Source: Trueperaceae bacterium
GTDB taxonomy: Bacteria; Deinococcota; Deinococci; Deinococcales; Trueperaceae
Assembly (NCBI GenBank): GCA_034520945.1
Contig: JAXHNB010000006.1
Coordinates: 648,180-712,179 of the forward strand
DNA length: 64,000 nt
Direction: 5' to 3'
Part shown: piece by piece, positions 47,074-57,540 of the stretch
Numbering within the stretch: the stretch's first letter is position 1
Layout of the letters: each line of letters begins with the position of its first letter
The notes under the pieces: generated by a model
Told to the model about the DNA's origin: nothing
The model's input: the letters and a program-made list of their open reading frames with translations, nothing else
Databases searched by the model: none
Made by a program: the position numbers and the translations under genes

Positions 47074-47877
47074 TCAACCGAAGCGGCCCGACACGTAGTG
47101 CTCCGTCAGTTCGTGCTTCGGGTCGGTGAAGATCTGTTCCGTGGGGCCCTCCTCGACCAGCACGCCGAGGTGCATGAAGGCGGTACGGTCGCTGACCCGC
47201 CCCGCCTGCTGCATGTTGTGCGTGACGATGACGACCGTGTAGTCGCGCTTCATGTCGTGGATCAGCCGTTCGATGCGGTCCGTGGCGATCGGGTCCAGCG
47301 CCCCGGTCGGCTCGTCCATCAGGATCACGTCGGGATCGGTGGCCATGGCGCGTGCGATGCACAAGCGCTGTTGCTGACCGCCGGAAAGCCCCAGGCCGGA
47401 CTGGTGAAGCTTGTCGTGCACCTCCTCCCACAGCGCTGCATGGCGCAGCGATCGCTCCACGAGGGACGGCAGCCCGTTGGCATCGCCGTGCAGGCGCGGC
47501 CCGAACGCGACGTTGTCGTAGATGCTCTTCGGAAACGGGTTGGGATGCTGAAACACCATGCCGATGCGGCGGCGCAGCTCGACCGGATCGACGGTCGGAT
47601 CGTAGAGGTCCACGCCGTCGTAGCCGATGCGTCCTTCGACGCGCACGCCGGGCAGCATGTCGTTCATGCGGTTGATGCAGCGCATCAGCGTCGACTTGCC
47701 CGATCCCGAGGCGCCGATCAGCGCGGTCACCTGGTTGCGGGGTACGCCGAGCGCGATCCGGTGCAGCGCCTGAAACCCGCCGTACCAGAGGCTCAGCTCC
47801 TCGACGTCCAATACGGCGGAGTCCGAGGGGACGGGATCCGTGCGTACGGTGACGTGGTCTGGATCGATGCGTTGCAT
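47074..47877 (-). CDS. pstB: phosphate ABC transporter ATPase
   Basis: [44 protein letters not shown], and the C-terminal YVSGRFG. Confidence 0.95.
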   Translation of the reverse strand: MQRIDPDHVTVRTDPVPSDSAVLDVEELSLWYGGFQALHRIALGVPRNQVTALIGASGSGKSTLMRCINRMNDMLPGVRVEGRIGYDGVDLYDPTVDPVELRRRIGMVFQHPNPFPKSIYDNVAFGPRLHGDANGLPSLVERSLRHAALWEEVHDKLHQSGLGLSGGQQQRLCIARAMATDPDVILMDEPTGALDPIATDRIERLIHDMKRDYTVVIVTHNMQQAGRVSDRTAFMHLGVLVEEGPTEQIFTDPKHELTEHYVSGRFG

Positions 47878-47882
47878 CTTGC

Positions 47883-49136
47883 TCACGACGTCCTTTCGAA
47901 ACGGCGCCGCAGCCAGTTGGCGGTGGCGTAGAGGAGGACCAGCACGACCAGCAACACGAGGATGGCGGCCGAGGCGACGTGTCTGAACTCCGCGTCGTTC
48001 TCCGCCACCCAGGAGTAGATCTGGACGGGCAGGACGGTATACCTGGACAGCGGCCCATCCGGGAGGTACGGCACGAACGCCGCAGCCCCGACCAGCAGCA
48101 GCGGCGCTGTCTCGCCGATCGCGCGCGCGACGGACAGAATCACGCCCGTGACGATCCCGGGCACCGCGTGAGGCAGGACCACCGTCGCGACCGTCTGCCA
48201 ACGGGTGGCGCCCAGCGCCAGGCTGGCTTGACGCAGCGAGTCGGGCACGGCGCGCAGCGCCTCACGTGACGCGATCACGACGACCGGGAGGATCAGCAGC
48301 GCCAGCGTCAGCGCGGCCGCCAAGACGGTGGGCCCCACGCCCCACAGGCGGACGAACACGTAGAGGCCCAGGATCCCGTACACGATGCTGGGGACACCGG
48401 CGAGGTTGCGGATGTTCAGCTCCAACGCACGTGTCAGCCGGTTGTCGGGCGCGTACTCCTCCAGGTAGATGGCGGTGCCCACCCCCAACGGCAAAGCCAT
48501 CACCATCACCAGGCCGATCACCCACAGGGTGCCGGCCAGGGCGGTGCGAAGCCCTGCCATGACCGGCGTTCGGGAGGCGTTGCGGGCGAAGAACGAAACG
48601 TCGAGCCAGGGGTTGAGGTAGAGGCGTTCATGTTCGGCCAGTCCCGCCTGGAGGGACGTCAGGTCGCGCAGGCCGGCCAGGAGGCCATGGTCGGCCACCC
48701 GCCGGTCGCGTGCGTTCGTGACGACCCAACGAAACGGCCCTTCGTCCGTGAGCCACATCAGCTCGACGCGGTTCCGCGCCCGCCACATGCGCAGCTCCGA
48801 AGCGTCGCCAAGGAGCGTGTCGATCTCCGTGGAGGTCGCCCCCTGGGCGGCCAGCTCCAAACGGATCACGCCCTCACCCCCCAGAGGTGCGCGCCACCAC
48901 GCGAACGCATGGCCGCTGTTGGCCGGCTCCACCACCTGCCAGGAGACGACGTCACCGGTGACGTCGAGCAGCAGCACTCCGACGAACGCGATCGCCAGCA
49001 CCACCGGCACCAAGGTCACCGCGGCGAAGCCCCGGGCGATCCATTGCCTGCGCGCCGTGCCGGCGCGTCGACCGATCAGCCCGGTGCGCGTGCGGCTCCG
49101 GCCTGTCCGCGCGTCCCCGGCCAGGTCGCCGGTCAC
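47883..49136 (-). CDS. pstA: phosphate ABC permease PstA (long form)
   Basis: GTGA overlap with pstC. Large loop after TM1; EAA region [19 protein letters not shown]. Confidence 0.85.
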   Translation of the reverse strand: MTGDLAGDARTGRSRTRTGLIGRRAGTARRQWIARGFAAVTLVPVVLAIAFVGVLLLDVTGDVVSWQVVEPANSGHAFAWWRAPLGGEGVIRLELAAQGATSTEIDTLLGDASELRMWRARNRVELMWLTDEGPFRWVVTNARDRRVADHGLLAGLRDLTSLQAGLAEHERLYLNPWLDVSFFARNASRTPVMAGLRTALAGTLWVIGLVMVMALPLGVGTAIYLEEYAPDNRLTRALELNIRNLAGVPSIVYGILGLYVFVRLWGVGPTVLAAALTLALLILPVVVIASREALRAVPDSLRQASLALGATRWQTVATVVLPHAVPGIVTGVILSVARAIGETAPLLLVGAAAFVPYLPDGPLSRYTVLPVQIYSWVAENDAEFRHVASAAILVLLVVLVLLYATANWLRRRFERTS

Positions 49137-50095
49137 GCGTACGCCTCGCGGAAGCGTCGCACGATCGCCTGCGCGGTCAGGTTGAGGGCCAGCGTCATCA
49201 CGAACAGCGTGGATGCGACGGCGTAGAGAGAGCGCGCGGCAACGGACCCTGCGGGTTGGTCTCCGGTCGCCGCTTGAACCACGAACGACGTCATGGTGGC
49301 GATGGTCTTGCGCGGGTCGAAGTGCAGGTCGGGTCGCTGCCCGGCTGCCAACGTGACGATCATCGTTTCGCCGATGGCGCGCGACACGGCCAGGATCAGC
49401 GACGCCACGATGCCTGAGAGGGCCGCAGGGATCACGACCCGCAACACCAACTGGTGCTTGGCCGCCCCCAAGCCGTAGGCGGCCTCGCGCAGAGAACGCG
49501 GGACGGCCTGCATCGCGTCGACGGACACGCTGCAGATGGTCGGCAGGATCATGAAGCCCATCACGATGCCTGCCGACAAGGGGTTGAACAGGTCGACGCC
49601 CGAGATGACGTCGCGAAGCAACGGCGTGACGAACAGCAGCGCGAAGTAGCCGAGGACGACCGTCGGAATGCCCGCCAGCAATTCGATCACCGGCAGGATG
49701 CGGCGCCTCTGGCGCACGTCGGCGAATTCGGACAGGTAGCACGCCGCGCCCAGGCCCAGCGGTGCGCCCACCGCCACGGCGATCGTCGTGACCAGCAGCG
49801 TTCCGCTGACCAGCGGCGCGATGCCGAAGTTGCGGTCCAGGAACAAGGGCGTCCACTCGGGATTGGTGAAGAACTCGACGATCGATACCTCCCGGAAGAA
49901 GCCCAGCGTTTCTACGCTCAAGACGAGCACCACCGCGAGCGTGGTGACGATCGACACCAGCGCGCACGCGAAGAGGAGACCTGCGATCAGCGACTCGCCG
50001 ATCCTTCGCCGCCCGCGCCGGCGCAAGCTCTGGGTCTGCAGCCTGGAACCGTGGCGAATCTGCGACTTCATGCGTTCATCCCCGATCGTTGTCAT
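49133..50095 (-). CDS. pstC: phosphate ABC permease PstC
   Basis: 320 aa; EAAYGLGAAKHQLVLRVVIPAALSGIVAS. Confidence 0.9.
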   Translation of the reverse strand: MTTIGDERMKSQIRHGSRLQTQSLRRRGRRRIGESLIAGLLFACALVSIVTTLAVVLVLSVETLGFFREVSIVEFFTNPEWTPLFLDRNFGIAPLVSGTLLVTTIAVAVGAPLGLGAACYLSEFADVRQRRRILPVIELLAGIPTVVLGYFALLFVTPLLRDVISGVDLFNPLSAGIVMGFMILPTICSVSVDAMQAVPRSLREAAYGLGAAKHQLVLRVVIPAALSGIVASLILAVSRAIGETMIVTLAAGQRPDLHFDPRKTIATMTSFVVQAATGDQPAGSVAARSLYAVASTLFVMTLALNLTAQAIVRRFREAYA

Positions 50096-50166
50096 GGAGG
50101 GTGCTCCCCGTCGTCACAGGACGGGGAGCACGCGGCGGTCGTGGCCGGCTCGGGCGTTGGGGGGCG

Positions 50167-51150
50167 CTACTCGTCGCCCGCCTGCTGGACGGCGTCGAGG
50201 ACGCTGTCGCCCGGCTCGAAGGTCGCGAAGGAGGTGCCGGTCGTCCGGGCCGACAGCCGGTCGGCGGCCGCGTCGTAGATCTCGCGGGGGTAGGCGAGGT
50301 ACCCCGTGTCGGCCACGAGGGGCTCCGCGTCGGGGGAGATGGCGAACTCCGCGAACGTGCGGAGCGTGTCGTTGCTGCTGAGGCGGTCGGCGTTGAAGTA
50401 CAGGAACAGGGGGCGCGACAAGGGGGTGTAGGTGTTCGCGGCGATCGTCTCGGGGCTGGGCTCGATGCAGCCGCTGCCGCCGTCGATTGCCACCAGCGAC
50501 AGGCGGTCGGTGTTCTCGGCGTAGTAGGCGTACCCGAAGAATCCCATGGCGTTCTCGTCTCCGGACACGCCTTGGACCAACACGTTGTCGTCTTCGCTGG
50601 GGAAGAAGTCGGTGCGGACGGCACCGCTCTCGCCGTTCACGGCCTCGGTGAAGTAGTCGAACGTGCCGGAGTCCGTGCCCGCGCCGTAGAGCACGATATC
50701 CTCAGCCGGCCACTCGGCACGCACGTCCTGCCACTGGCTGACGTCCGAGTCGGGCCGCCAGATGGCATGGAGTTCCGCCACGCTCAGGCACTGCACGAAA
50801 TCGTTGTCGGGATGCACCACGACCGACAGCCCGTCCGCCGCGATGGGCAGCTCGACGAACGGCACGTCGTTCTGGGCGCACGCCTCGACCTCGCTGGCCT
50901 TGATCGGCCGGCTGGCGCCGCTCACGTCGGTCTCTCCCCGGCAGAACTTCTCGAAGCCCGCGCCGGTCCCGGAGAACGCGACCGTGAGTCGTGCGTCCGG
51001 GTGCATGATCTGGAACTCCTCGCTCAGGGCGAGGCTGATGGGGTAGACGGTGGACGAGCCGTCGATGCGGACGTCCTGGGCCAATGCGAGCGATACCATC
51101 GTGACGAGAACGACGAGTGCGAGGGCGAGGGCGTTGGATGAACGGGTCAT
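50167..51150 (-). CDS. pstS: phosphate-binding protein PstS
   Basis: Signal peptide MTRSSNALALALVVLVTMVSLALAQ, then GSSTVYP, SGTGAGF, ASRP. Confidence 0.85.
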   Translation of the reverse strand: MTRSSNALALALVVLVTMVSLALAQDVRIDGSSTVYPISLALSEEFQIMHPDARLTVAFSGTGAGFEKFCRGETDVSGASRPIKASEVEACAQNDVPFVELPIAADGLSVVVHPDNDFVQCLSVAELHAIWRPDSDVSQWQDVRAEWPAEDIVLYGAGTDSGTFDYFTEAVNGESGAVRTDFFPSEDDNVLVQGVSGDENAMGFFGYAYYAENTDRLSLVAIDGGSGCIEPSPETIAANTYTPLSRPLFLYFNADRLSSNDTLRTFAEFAISPDAEPLVADTGYLAYPREIYDAAADRLSARTTGTSFATFEPGDSVLDAVQQAGDE

Positions 51151-51183
51151 TCGGATCACCTCCGCCGTCAACCTAAGGCGCTT

Positions 51184-51201
51184 CTGTCATGGCAGCGTCA
51201 C
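51184..51201 (+). promoter_or_regulatory. Pho-box-like direct repeat CTGTCAT-ggca-GCGTCAC
   Basis: Close to the E. coli Pho box (CTGTCAT-N4-CTGTCAY). Ends 62 nt before the start at 51264, the same offset as at phoU. Confidence 0.45.
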
Positions 51202-51263
51202 CGGCTGGCCGATTCATGACGCGGTCGCACGGGCCTGCGTCCGAATCCTGACGGAACGCCGGC

Positions 51264-51950
51264 GTGGATCGGGGGATCCTCTCCGGCATGATCGATCGCG
51301 GCCTGCGTCCACTCAAGAGCTACGCCCTGGGCCCGGCTACCTCCGCCCTCGCGCCGCGTCTCGCCCGTTGGGGCGCCATGCCGGTCACCGCGCTCGGGCT
51401 CGGGGTTGGCCTCGCCGCCGCGGTCGCCGGGGCCGCAGGCGCGTTCGGGCCGGCCCTGTGGCTGTGGTGGGGCAACCGCCTTCTGGACGGGCTGGATGGT
51501 GAAGTGGCGCGCCGGCTCGGCCGCGCGGACGATCGCGGGGGCTACGTCGACCTGATCGCCGATCTCGTCGTGTACGCCCTGGTGCCGATCGGTGCCGCGG
51601 TCGGCGCCACGGCGCCCTGGTCCCTGCACGGTGCCACCCCCGACCCGTGGACGTGGCCCGCGGCTGCAGCCCTTCTCGGCGCCTACTACGTCAACCTCGG
51701 CAGCCACGCGTACCTGGCCGCCCTCCTGGAGAAGCGGGGCCGTGGTGCGGCCATGCGGCCGGACGTGACGTCGTTCGCGATGCCCGGCGGTCTGGTGGAG
51801 GGGTTCGAGACGATCGTGCTGGTGTCGCTGATGCTCGCCGTCCCAGCGCTGCTGCCGTGGTGGTTCGGTCTTGCCGCCGTCCTGGTCGCCGTGACGGCCG
51901 GCCAACGGGTCTGGTGGACCGTGCGGACGCTGGCACGCGAGGCGATGTGA
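51264..51950 (+). CDS. CDP-alcohol phosphatidyltransferase-family protein
   Basis: DGLDGEVARRLGRADDRGGYVDLIADLV matches DG(x2)AR(x8)G(x3)D(x3)D. Confidence 0.8.
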   Translation: MDRGILSGMIDRGLRPLKSYALGPATSALAPRLARWGAMPVTALGLGVGLAAAVAGAAGAFGPALWLWWGNRLLDGLDGEVARRLGRADDRGGYVDLIADLVVYALVPIGAAVGATAPWSLHGATPDPWTWPAAAALLGAYYVNLGSHAYLAALLEKRGRGAAMRPDVTSFAMPGGLVEGFETIVLVSLMLAVPALLPWWFGLAAVLVAVTAGQRVWWTVRTLAREAM

Positions 51951-52762
51951 GGCGGGACGTCGTTTCGTCCGGCTCGCGACGTGGCGCCGGCGCCGTGGGG
52001 GGTGCGCATCGCCGGCTCCGCTGGGCTGGGTTGGTCCTATGGGCGGCCGGCTTGGCGGCGTACCTCACCACGGTGGCCACGACCGACCACGGGCCCGTGG
52101 ACCTGTTGATCGCCACGGGTGCGTTCTTGGGCCAGCACCCCTTGGGTCCCATCGCGTACCTGGGGGCGTACGCCCTTCGGCCGCTGCTCTTGGTATCAGC
52201 CACCCTCCTGACGGTGTCGGCCGGCATCCTGTACGGCCCGGTGCTGGGGACCTTGCTCGCGATCGTTGCCGCCAACCTGAGCGCGTGGGTGGCCTACACG
52301 CTGGCGCGCGTGCTGGGCGCCGAACTGGCCGAGCCCGCGCTGGCGCATCCGAGGCTGGCGGGGGTCACCGGACGCCTGCGGACGCACACCTTCGAAACCG
52401 TGCTGACGTTGCGGTTCCTGTTCGTGCCGTACGACGCGGTCAACTACCTGGCTGGCGCGACGCGCCTGCGGCCGCTGCCGTTCGCAGCCGCCACGGCGGT
52501 CGGGTCGCTGCCTGCCACCGCCATGTTCGTGCTGTTCGGCGCGGGCCTCGGCGACCTCTCGGCGCTCGGTTCGGGCCGCCTTCCCGCCGCCGACCCGCGC
52601 TTGCTCGCCGTCAGCGCCGCGCTGTTCGTCGTGAGCCTGGCGGTCGCGCGCGGGCTTCGCCGACGTGCGGTGGGTTCTCACGCCACGACGGCCAGCGTGG
52701 CGCACGTGGAAGGCGCGGCGCACCCGAGCGGCCCCGTACGCGCGCAAGGGAAGATCCGGTGA
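51947..52762 (+). CDS. TVP38/TMEM64 (DedA-related) membrane protein
   Basis: GTGA overlap with the upstream gene. LRFLFVPYDAVNYLAGATRL motif region; 5-6 TM. Confidence 0.75.
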   Translation: MRRDVVSSGSRRGAGAVGGAHRRLRWAGLVLWAAGLAAYLTTVATTDHGPVDLLIATGAFLGQHPLGPIAYLGAYALRPLLLVSATLLTVSAGILYGPVLGTLLAIVAANLSAWVAYTLARVLGAELAEPALAHPRLAGVTGRLRTHTFETVLTLRFLFVPYDAVNYLAGATRLRPLPFAAATAVGSLPATAMFVLFGAGLGDLSALGSGRLPAADPRLLAVSAALFVVSLAVARGLRRRAVGSHATTASVAHVEGAAHPSGPVRAQGKIR

Positions 52763-54223
52763 CCCGGCAGGTGGCGCGGTTCGATGCGGTGGTCCTGGGC
52801 GCGGGCGCTGGTGGATTGACCGTGGCGGTGGGGCTCTCCCGGCTGGGGAAGCGCGTCGCGCTGGTCGAGGCCGACCGGGTGGGCGGGGACTGCACGAACG
52901 TGGGGTGCATCCCCTCGAAGACCCTGATCGAGTTGGCCCGCGGGGTGGCCGAGCTTCCGCCGGATCAGCGCGTGGAGGCGGCCCGCCAAGCATTCGCGGC
53001 GGCCCGCCGGCAACGCGACGCCGTCCGGGCGCACGAGGAAGGCTGGTTGGCGGAAGACCCGCGGAATCGAGATCGTTCGAGGGTGGGGCCGGCTCACCTC
53101 CGCCCGCCGTGGTCGCGTCGACGTGGAGGTCACGAGCGCAGACGGCGGCACGCGGTCGCTACAGGCCCCCCGCGTGGTCCTGGCGACCGGCTCGCAGGCG
53201 CTGGTGCCGTCCCTGCCCGGCCTGGACGACACCGATGGGCCCGAGGCGACGGTCCTCACGAACGCCACGCTGTTCGACCTGGCGTCGCCGCCGCGGCACC
53301 TGGTGATCATGGGCGCGGGCGTGATCGGCAGCGAGATGGCGTTCGCGTTCGCCCGACTCGGCAGCCGCGTCACGCTCGTGGAAATGGCGGACCGAGTGCT
53401 GCCGGCCTCGGAGGCGTCGGCTTCGGAGATGGTCGGCGCACGCCTCGAGGCGGCCGGTGTTCGTGTCGTCACCGGCGCGCAGGTGACGAGCGTCGACCCG
53501 AGCGCGGGCGCCGTGCGCGTGAAGGCGGCCCAGGAGGGGGCAGCGTCGCCGCCTGCGCTGGAGGCAGCCGATCGCGTGCTGGTGGCGGTGGGCCGCCGGC
53601 CGGCCTCGCGCGGGTTGGGACTCGAGGACGTCGGCGTCGAGGTCGACAGACGCGGCGCCGTGCCGGTGGACCGCGCCTACCGCACGAGGGCGCCCGGCGT
53701 GCACGCGATCGGCGACCTGATCGGCGGCGCGTTCACGCACGCCGCGCACGAGCAGGGGCGGCGGCTGGTGCGCTACCTGAGCGTTCCCGTGCCGCTCCTT
53801 CCGGAACGCGACCACCCGTCGGTCTCGTTCACCGAGCCGGAGGTCGGCCAGATCGGCCCCACCCTCGCCGAACTGCAGCGCCGCTGGCCGGAACGATTGC
53901 TGTCGGTGCACCGGGTGGCGTTGGCGGACACCGACCGGGGCGGCACGATGGGCCTGTCCGACGGGTTCGTGCAGCTCGTCGCGCTGCGCGGGAGTGGGCG
54001 CCTCCTCGCTGCGACCGTGGTCGCGCCCGGCGCGGCGGAGATGATGCCGTTGCTGGTGTCGGCGCAACACCGAGGTACCTCGCTGTGGCGCCTCTCCCGC
54101 CTGGAGGTGGCCTACCCGGCGCTGTCCCAAGCCGTTCGCCAGGCCGCGGACGACTTCGTGTTCTCGAGCTTGCCGCGCCTGCATCTCGAGATCGGCGCCT
54201 ACGCTCGTTGGCGTTGGGCGTGA
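52759..54223 (+). pseudogene. FAD-dependent pyridine nucleotide-disulfide oxidoreductase, one frame break near 53055
   Basis: FDAVVLGAGAGG, the redox centre GGDCTNVGCIPSK (frame 52039), then GIEIVRGWG.../VIMGAGVIGSEMA.../HAIGD in frame 53123. GTGA overlap with TVP38. Confidence 0.75.
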
Positions 54224-54358
54224 GGGCCCGCGGACCTACCTCCGTACCTTCTGGCACGCGCAGGTGGCCTCCGCTACGACGCCATCGCAGGGCTCGACCA
54301 CGTTCGTGGCATCGACGCAATCGTGGAACACGGTCGCGACGGCCGCGCAGGACGTAAG

Positions 54359-55366
54359 ATGACCGCCGTGCCCCCCGCGCCTACCCAAGACGAACCGACC
54401 GAGCACGACGCACCTCCCGCCCTTCGTTCGACCGGCCTCTCCAAACGCTACGGCGCCACGCATGCCCTGGTGGACCTCGACCTGGAGGTGGCCCGCGGCG
54501 AGATCTTCGGCTTTCTCGGCCCCAACGGCGCCGGCAAGTCCACCTTCATCCGCCTGCTGCTGGGCTTCCTGCACGCCTCGGCCGGAAGTGCCCGCGTGCT
54601 GGGCCACGACGTCGCGACCGAGAGCGTCGCCATCCGCCGGCGCGTGGGGTACCTGCCCAGCGGCGCGTCGCTGTACGGCGAGATGACCGGCCGGCGGGTG
54701 CTGGACTACCTCGCCTCGTTGCAAGGCCGGCCGCCGGTGCGCCGCGCCGAGGCGTGCGACCGGCTCCGCCTGACGGCCGACGTGCTGGCGAAGCCGGTGC
54801 GGACGTACTCGCACGGCATGCGGCAGAAGCTGGGGCTGGTGCAGGCGCTGCAGCACGACCCGGAACTGTTGATCCTGGACGAGCCCAGCGAGGGCTTGGA
54901 TCCGTTCATGCAGCAGGCGCTCTACGGGCTGCTGGAGGACCTGCGCCGCGAGGGCCGCACGGTGTTCTTCAGCAGCCACGTGCTCTCCGAGGTGGAGCGC
55001 GTCTGCGACCGCGTGGCGATCGTGCGCGCCGGTCGGTTGATGACGGTGCAGGACCTGCCTACGCTGCGCGCCCGCCGGCGGCGGCGTGCCATCGTTCGCC
55101 TGCGCGGCCCGGCGCCGGACCTGCGCGAGGTGCCCGGGGTGGAGGCCGTCGAGGTCGACGGCGCGCGCATGATCGTGACGCTGTCGGGCGCCGTGCAGCC
55201 GTTCGTGCGGGCCATGGCCGACACCGAACTCGACGACCTCACCATCGAGCCGGCGCGGCTGGAGGAGGCGTTCTTCGAGTACTACGCCGGCGGCGACGAG
55301 ACGGCTCCGGGCGACGAAGCGTCGCCGCAGCCCGCGGCTGCGGCGCAGGGGAGCGCACCTCGATGA
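54359..55366 (+). CDS. ABC transporter ATP-binding protein (ABC-2 type)
   Basis: GPNGAGKST, YSHGMRQKLGLVQAL, LILDEPSEGLD. Confidence 0.9.
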   Translation: MTAVPPAPTQDEPTEHDAPPALRSTGLSKRYGATHALVDLDLEVARGEIFGFLGPNGAGKSTFIRLLLGFLHASAGSARVLGHDVATESVAIRRRVGYLPSGASLYGEMTGRRVLDYLASLQGRPPVRRAEACDRLRLTADVLAKPVRTYSHGMRQKLGLVQALQHDPELLILDEPSEGLDPFMQQALYGLLEDLRREGRTVFFSSHVLSEVERVCDRVAIVRAGRLMTVQDLPTLRARRRRRAIVRLRGPAPDLREVPGVEAVEVDGARMIVTLSGAVQPFVRAMADTELDDLTIEPARLEEAFFEYYAGGDETAPGDEASPQPAAAAQGSAPR

Positions 55367-56166
55367 GCCGGCCGTTGTTCGTACAGACGCTGCGCGACCT
55401 CGGCCTGCGGACGCTCGTGCTGGCGGGGGTCACCTTCGCGTGGGGCTGGCTGATGGTATTCATGTTCACCACCTTCTCGCCGGCCATGAGGCAGCTGGTG
55501 CAGGGCAACCCCATGTTCGAGCGCTTCAGCGAGTTCGCCTCCGGCAACTTCTTCACCCTGCCCGGCGCCATCACGCTGGGCTTCCAACACCCGCTGCTGA
55601 TCGCGATGATCGCGGTGGTGGCGGCCGGCGCCAGCGCGGTCGCCATCGCCGGCGAGCGTGAGGCAGGCACCCTGGAGCTGCTGCTGGCGCGGCCGATCTC
55701 GCGCCGGCGCCTGTACGTGTCCGTCCTGCTGGCGCAGCTGCTGGTGGTGGCGCTGTTGCTGCTCACCACCCTGGCCGGCATGATCACCGGCACCTTCGTG
55801 CACGGCCTGAGCGGCGAGGTGGCGTTGGCGCGCATGCCCTGGGTGTTCGCGAATGGGCTCTTGCTATGGGCGTCGTTCACGGCGTTCGGGTTGGCCGCGT
55901 CCGTCAGTTTCGACCGGTCCGGACCCGCCCTGAGCCTGAGCCTCGGCTGGTTGTTCCTGCACTACTTCCTGGAGGTGCTCGGCTCGTTGTGGGCGGACGC
56001 GCGTTGGACGCAGGACGTCTCGCTCATCCACCGCTTCCGCGCCAACGATCTGCTGACCGGCGATGCGACTGTCCTGGACTTCGTCGTTCCTGGCGCGACC
56101 TTCCTGGTGTTGGTGGCGTACGCGCTGGTGGTGTTCCCGCGGCGGGACCTGGCGGCGCCCAGTTGA
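55363..56166 (+). CDS. ABC-2-type permease
   Basis: ATGA overlap with the ATPase gene; 6 TM; AGEREAGTLELLLARPISRRR. Confidence 0.8.
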   Translation: MSRPLFVQTLRDLGLRTLVLAGVTFAWGWLMVFMFTTFSPAMRQLVQGNPMFERFSEFASGNFFTLPGAITLGFQHPLLIAMIAVVAAGASAVAIAGEREAGTLELLLARPISRRRLYVSVLLAQLLVVALLLLTTLAGMITGTFVHGLSGEVALARMPWVFANGLLLWASFTAFGLAASVSFDRSGPALSLSLGWLFLHYFLEVLGSLWADARWTQDVSLIHRFRANDLLTGDATVLDFVVPGATFLVLVAYALVVFPRRDLAAPS

Positions 56167-56361
56167 GGGCGCAGGTCGGTGGGCGCCGCCCCACCTGTCG
56201 CGTTGCGATTCAGGACGCTCGTACGAGGTCGTCCAGCTTCACCACCCCGCCGTCGAGCGTGACCCATTCGAACGTCATCAGGCGGTCAGGGCGGTGACGG
56301 TGGGGGACCGGTGTCGATGGAGGGCCGGCGGGCGTGGCGGTGACAAACGAAGCCTATGCCG

Positions 56362-56838
56362 TCATGTCGTGTGTTCAACCTTGCCGGACAGACCGTACGC
56401 GCATGGTTCGAGCCCGGCCACGCGCTCCATGCGCACCATCAACGTCGAGGAGGGCGCCACCCGCCCGTTCAGGTAGGTGGACAGGCGCGAGGACGACGTT
56501 CCGACGCGTTCGGCGAATGCACGCCGGGATAGGCCCGACGCCACCAGCAGGGCGCGTACGCGGCGGGCGACCTCGGCCCGTTCGTCCGCTTCGGCCTCCG
56601 CCCGCGCCCGTGCCAAGGCCGTTGCCATCAGTTCGCTGACGCCGTAGGGATGGGTGGCGCGCAACGCGTCCTCGAGGCGCCGGGCCACGGGCCCCCACGG
56701 GTCGCGGCGCACCGCCGCGGCGACGCGACGCCAGTCCGAAAGCCCGCCGCGTTCCAAGGCGGCAATGACGGCCTCGGTCGGCCAGGTGTCCACCGGGTCG
56801 GACGGGCGTGCGTCCACATTGCGGAACCGCAGCGTCAT
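56362..56838 (-). CDS. HTH (XRE-like C-terminus) protein coupled to the upstream NTase-like gene
   Basis: MTLRFRNVDARPSDPVDTWPTEAVIAALERGGLSDWRR... and the C-terminal LSRRAFAERVGTSSSRLSTYLNGRVAPSSTLMVRMERV. ATGA overlap with the gene at 56835. Confidence 0.6.
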   Translation of the reverse strand: MTLRFRNVDARPSDPVDTWPTEAVIAALERGGLSDWRRVAAAVRRDPWGPVARRLEDALRATHPYGVSELMATALARARAEAEADERAEVARRVRALLVASGLSRRAFAERVGTSSSRLSTYLNGRVAPSSTLMVRMERVAGLEPCAYGLSGKVEHTT

Positions 56839-57530
56839 AACGTGTCGTCCTCCGCCAGGAGCATGGTCTGCGCCAGCTGCTGGCACTGCGCGACCACGTT
56901 GCTCCAGGTCTGCCATCGCGGTACGAGGTGCTTGTAGCGCTCCAGCTCCATGGGGGTCCTGGAATCGGCCGGTCGCGGGTCCGCGAGTTGGCGTGTCACC
57001 TGCGACGAGACGCCGTCCCCGTCCTCGTGCTGGTCCGTGTAGTAGGCGTCCAGCCGGATCAGTGCGCGTGCCGCCTCGAGCGTGCCCATGCGGTCGCTGA
57101 GAGCGGCAACGTCGATGAAGTCTCGGGTCTGATTCCTACGCACCAGCAGGTAGGCCTTGACGCGCAGCGTTTCGGCCAAGGTGGGCACGCGCACGGTGTT
57201 GCCCGAGGGAAGCGCCAGCTCGACCGTTTCCAGGGGGCGACGGCGACGCATCTGGCGGACGCCGGCCTCGATGTCCCCAAGTCGCCCCAGGATGATCTTG
57301 CTGGGTACGACACGGTTCGTGACCCACCCCTCCGTGTGTTCGATGGCCTCCAACACCATGTCGAAACGCTCCTTCAGGTCGGCCAGGACGTGGTCATGAT
57401 CGAACGAGTCCCGGTGACCGGCGTGCACGGCAGCCGCGGTACCACCGACCAGGACGGCGTCGGGCACCACCTGCTGGAGGCGAGCCGCCGATTCGAGGAC
57501 CTCGGCGAGTGAAGGTTCGTCCTCGGGCAC
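56835..57530 (-). CDS. AbiEii/DUF1814-like nucleotidyltransferase-fold protein
   Basis: AVLVGGTAAAVHAGHRDSFDHDHVL resembles the GG(T/S)A...R.S.D.D NTase signature. GTG start. Confidence 0.5.
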   Translation of the reverse strand: MPEDEPSLAEVLESAARLQQVVPDAVLVGGTAAAVHAGHRDSFDHDHVLADLKERFDMVLEAIEHTEGWVTNRVVPSKIILGRLGDIEAGVRQMRRRRPLETVELALPSGNTVRVPTLAETLRVKAYLLVRRNQTRDFIDVAALSDRMGTLEAARALIRLDAYYTDQHEDGDGVSSQVTRQLADPRPADSRTPMELERYKHLVPRWQTWSNVVAQCQQLAQTMLLAEDDTL

Positions 57531-57540
57531 GGAATGAGGT

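Noticed and set aside
47883-49136. Long PstA (417 aa) with a roughly 150-aa loop as a novelty.
   Set aside because: Extended PstA and PstC forms with a large loop after TM1 are known in several phyla. The rest of the operon is canonical.
47883-49967. 694-aa ORF suggesting a giant PstA.
   Set aside because: The 5' 277 codons are an out-of-frame reading of pstC. The GTG at 49136, which overlaps the pstC stop, gives a 417-aa PstA.
52039-54357. 772-aa plus-strand ORF.
   Set aside because: It is a composite. It is out of frame over the TVP38 gene, real for about 100 codons at the start of the oxidoreductase, and out of frame afterwards.
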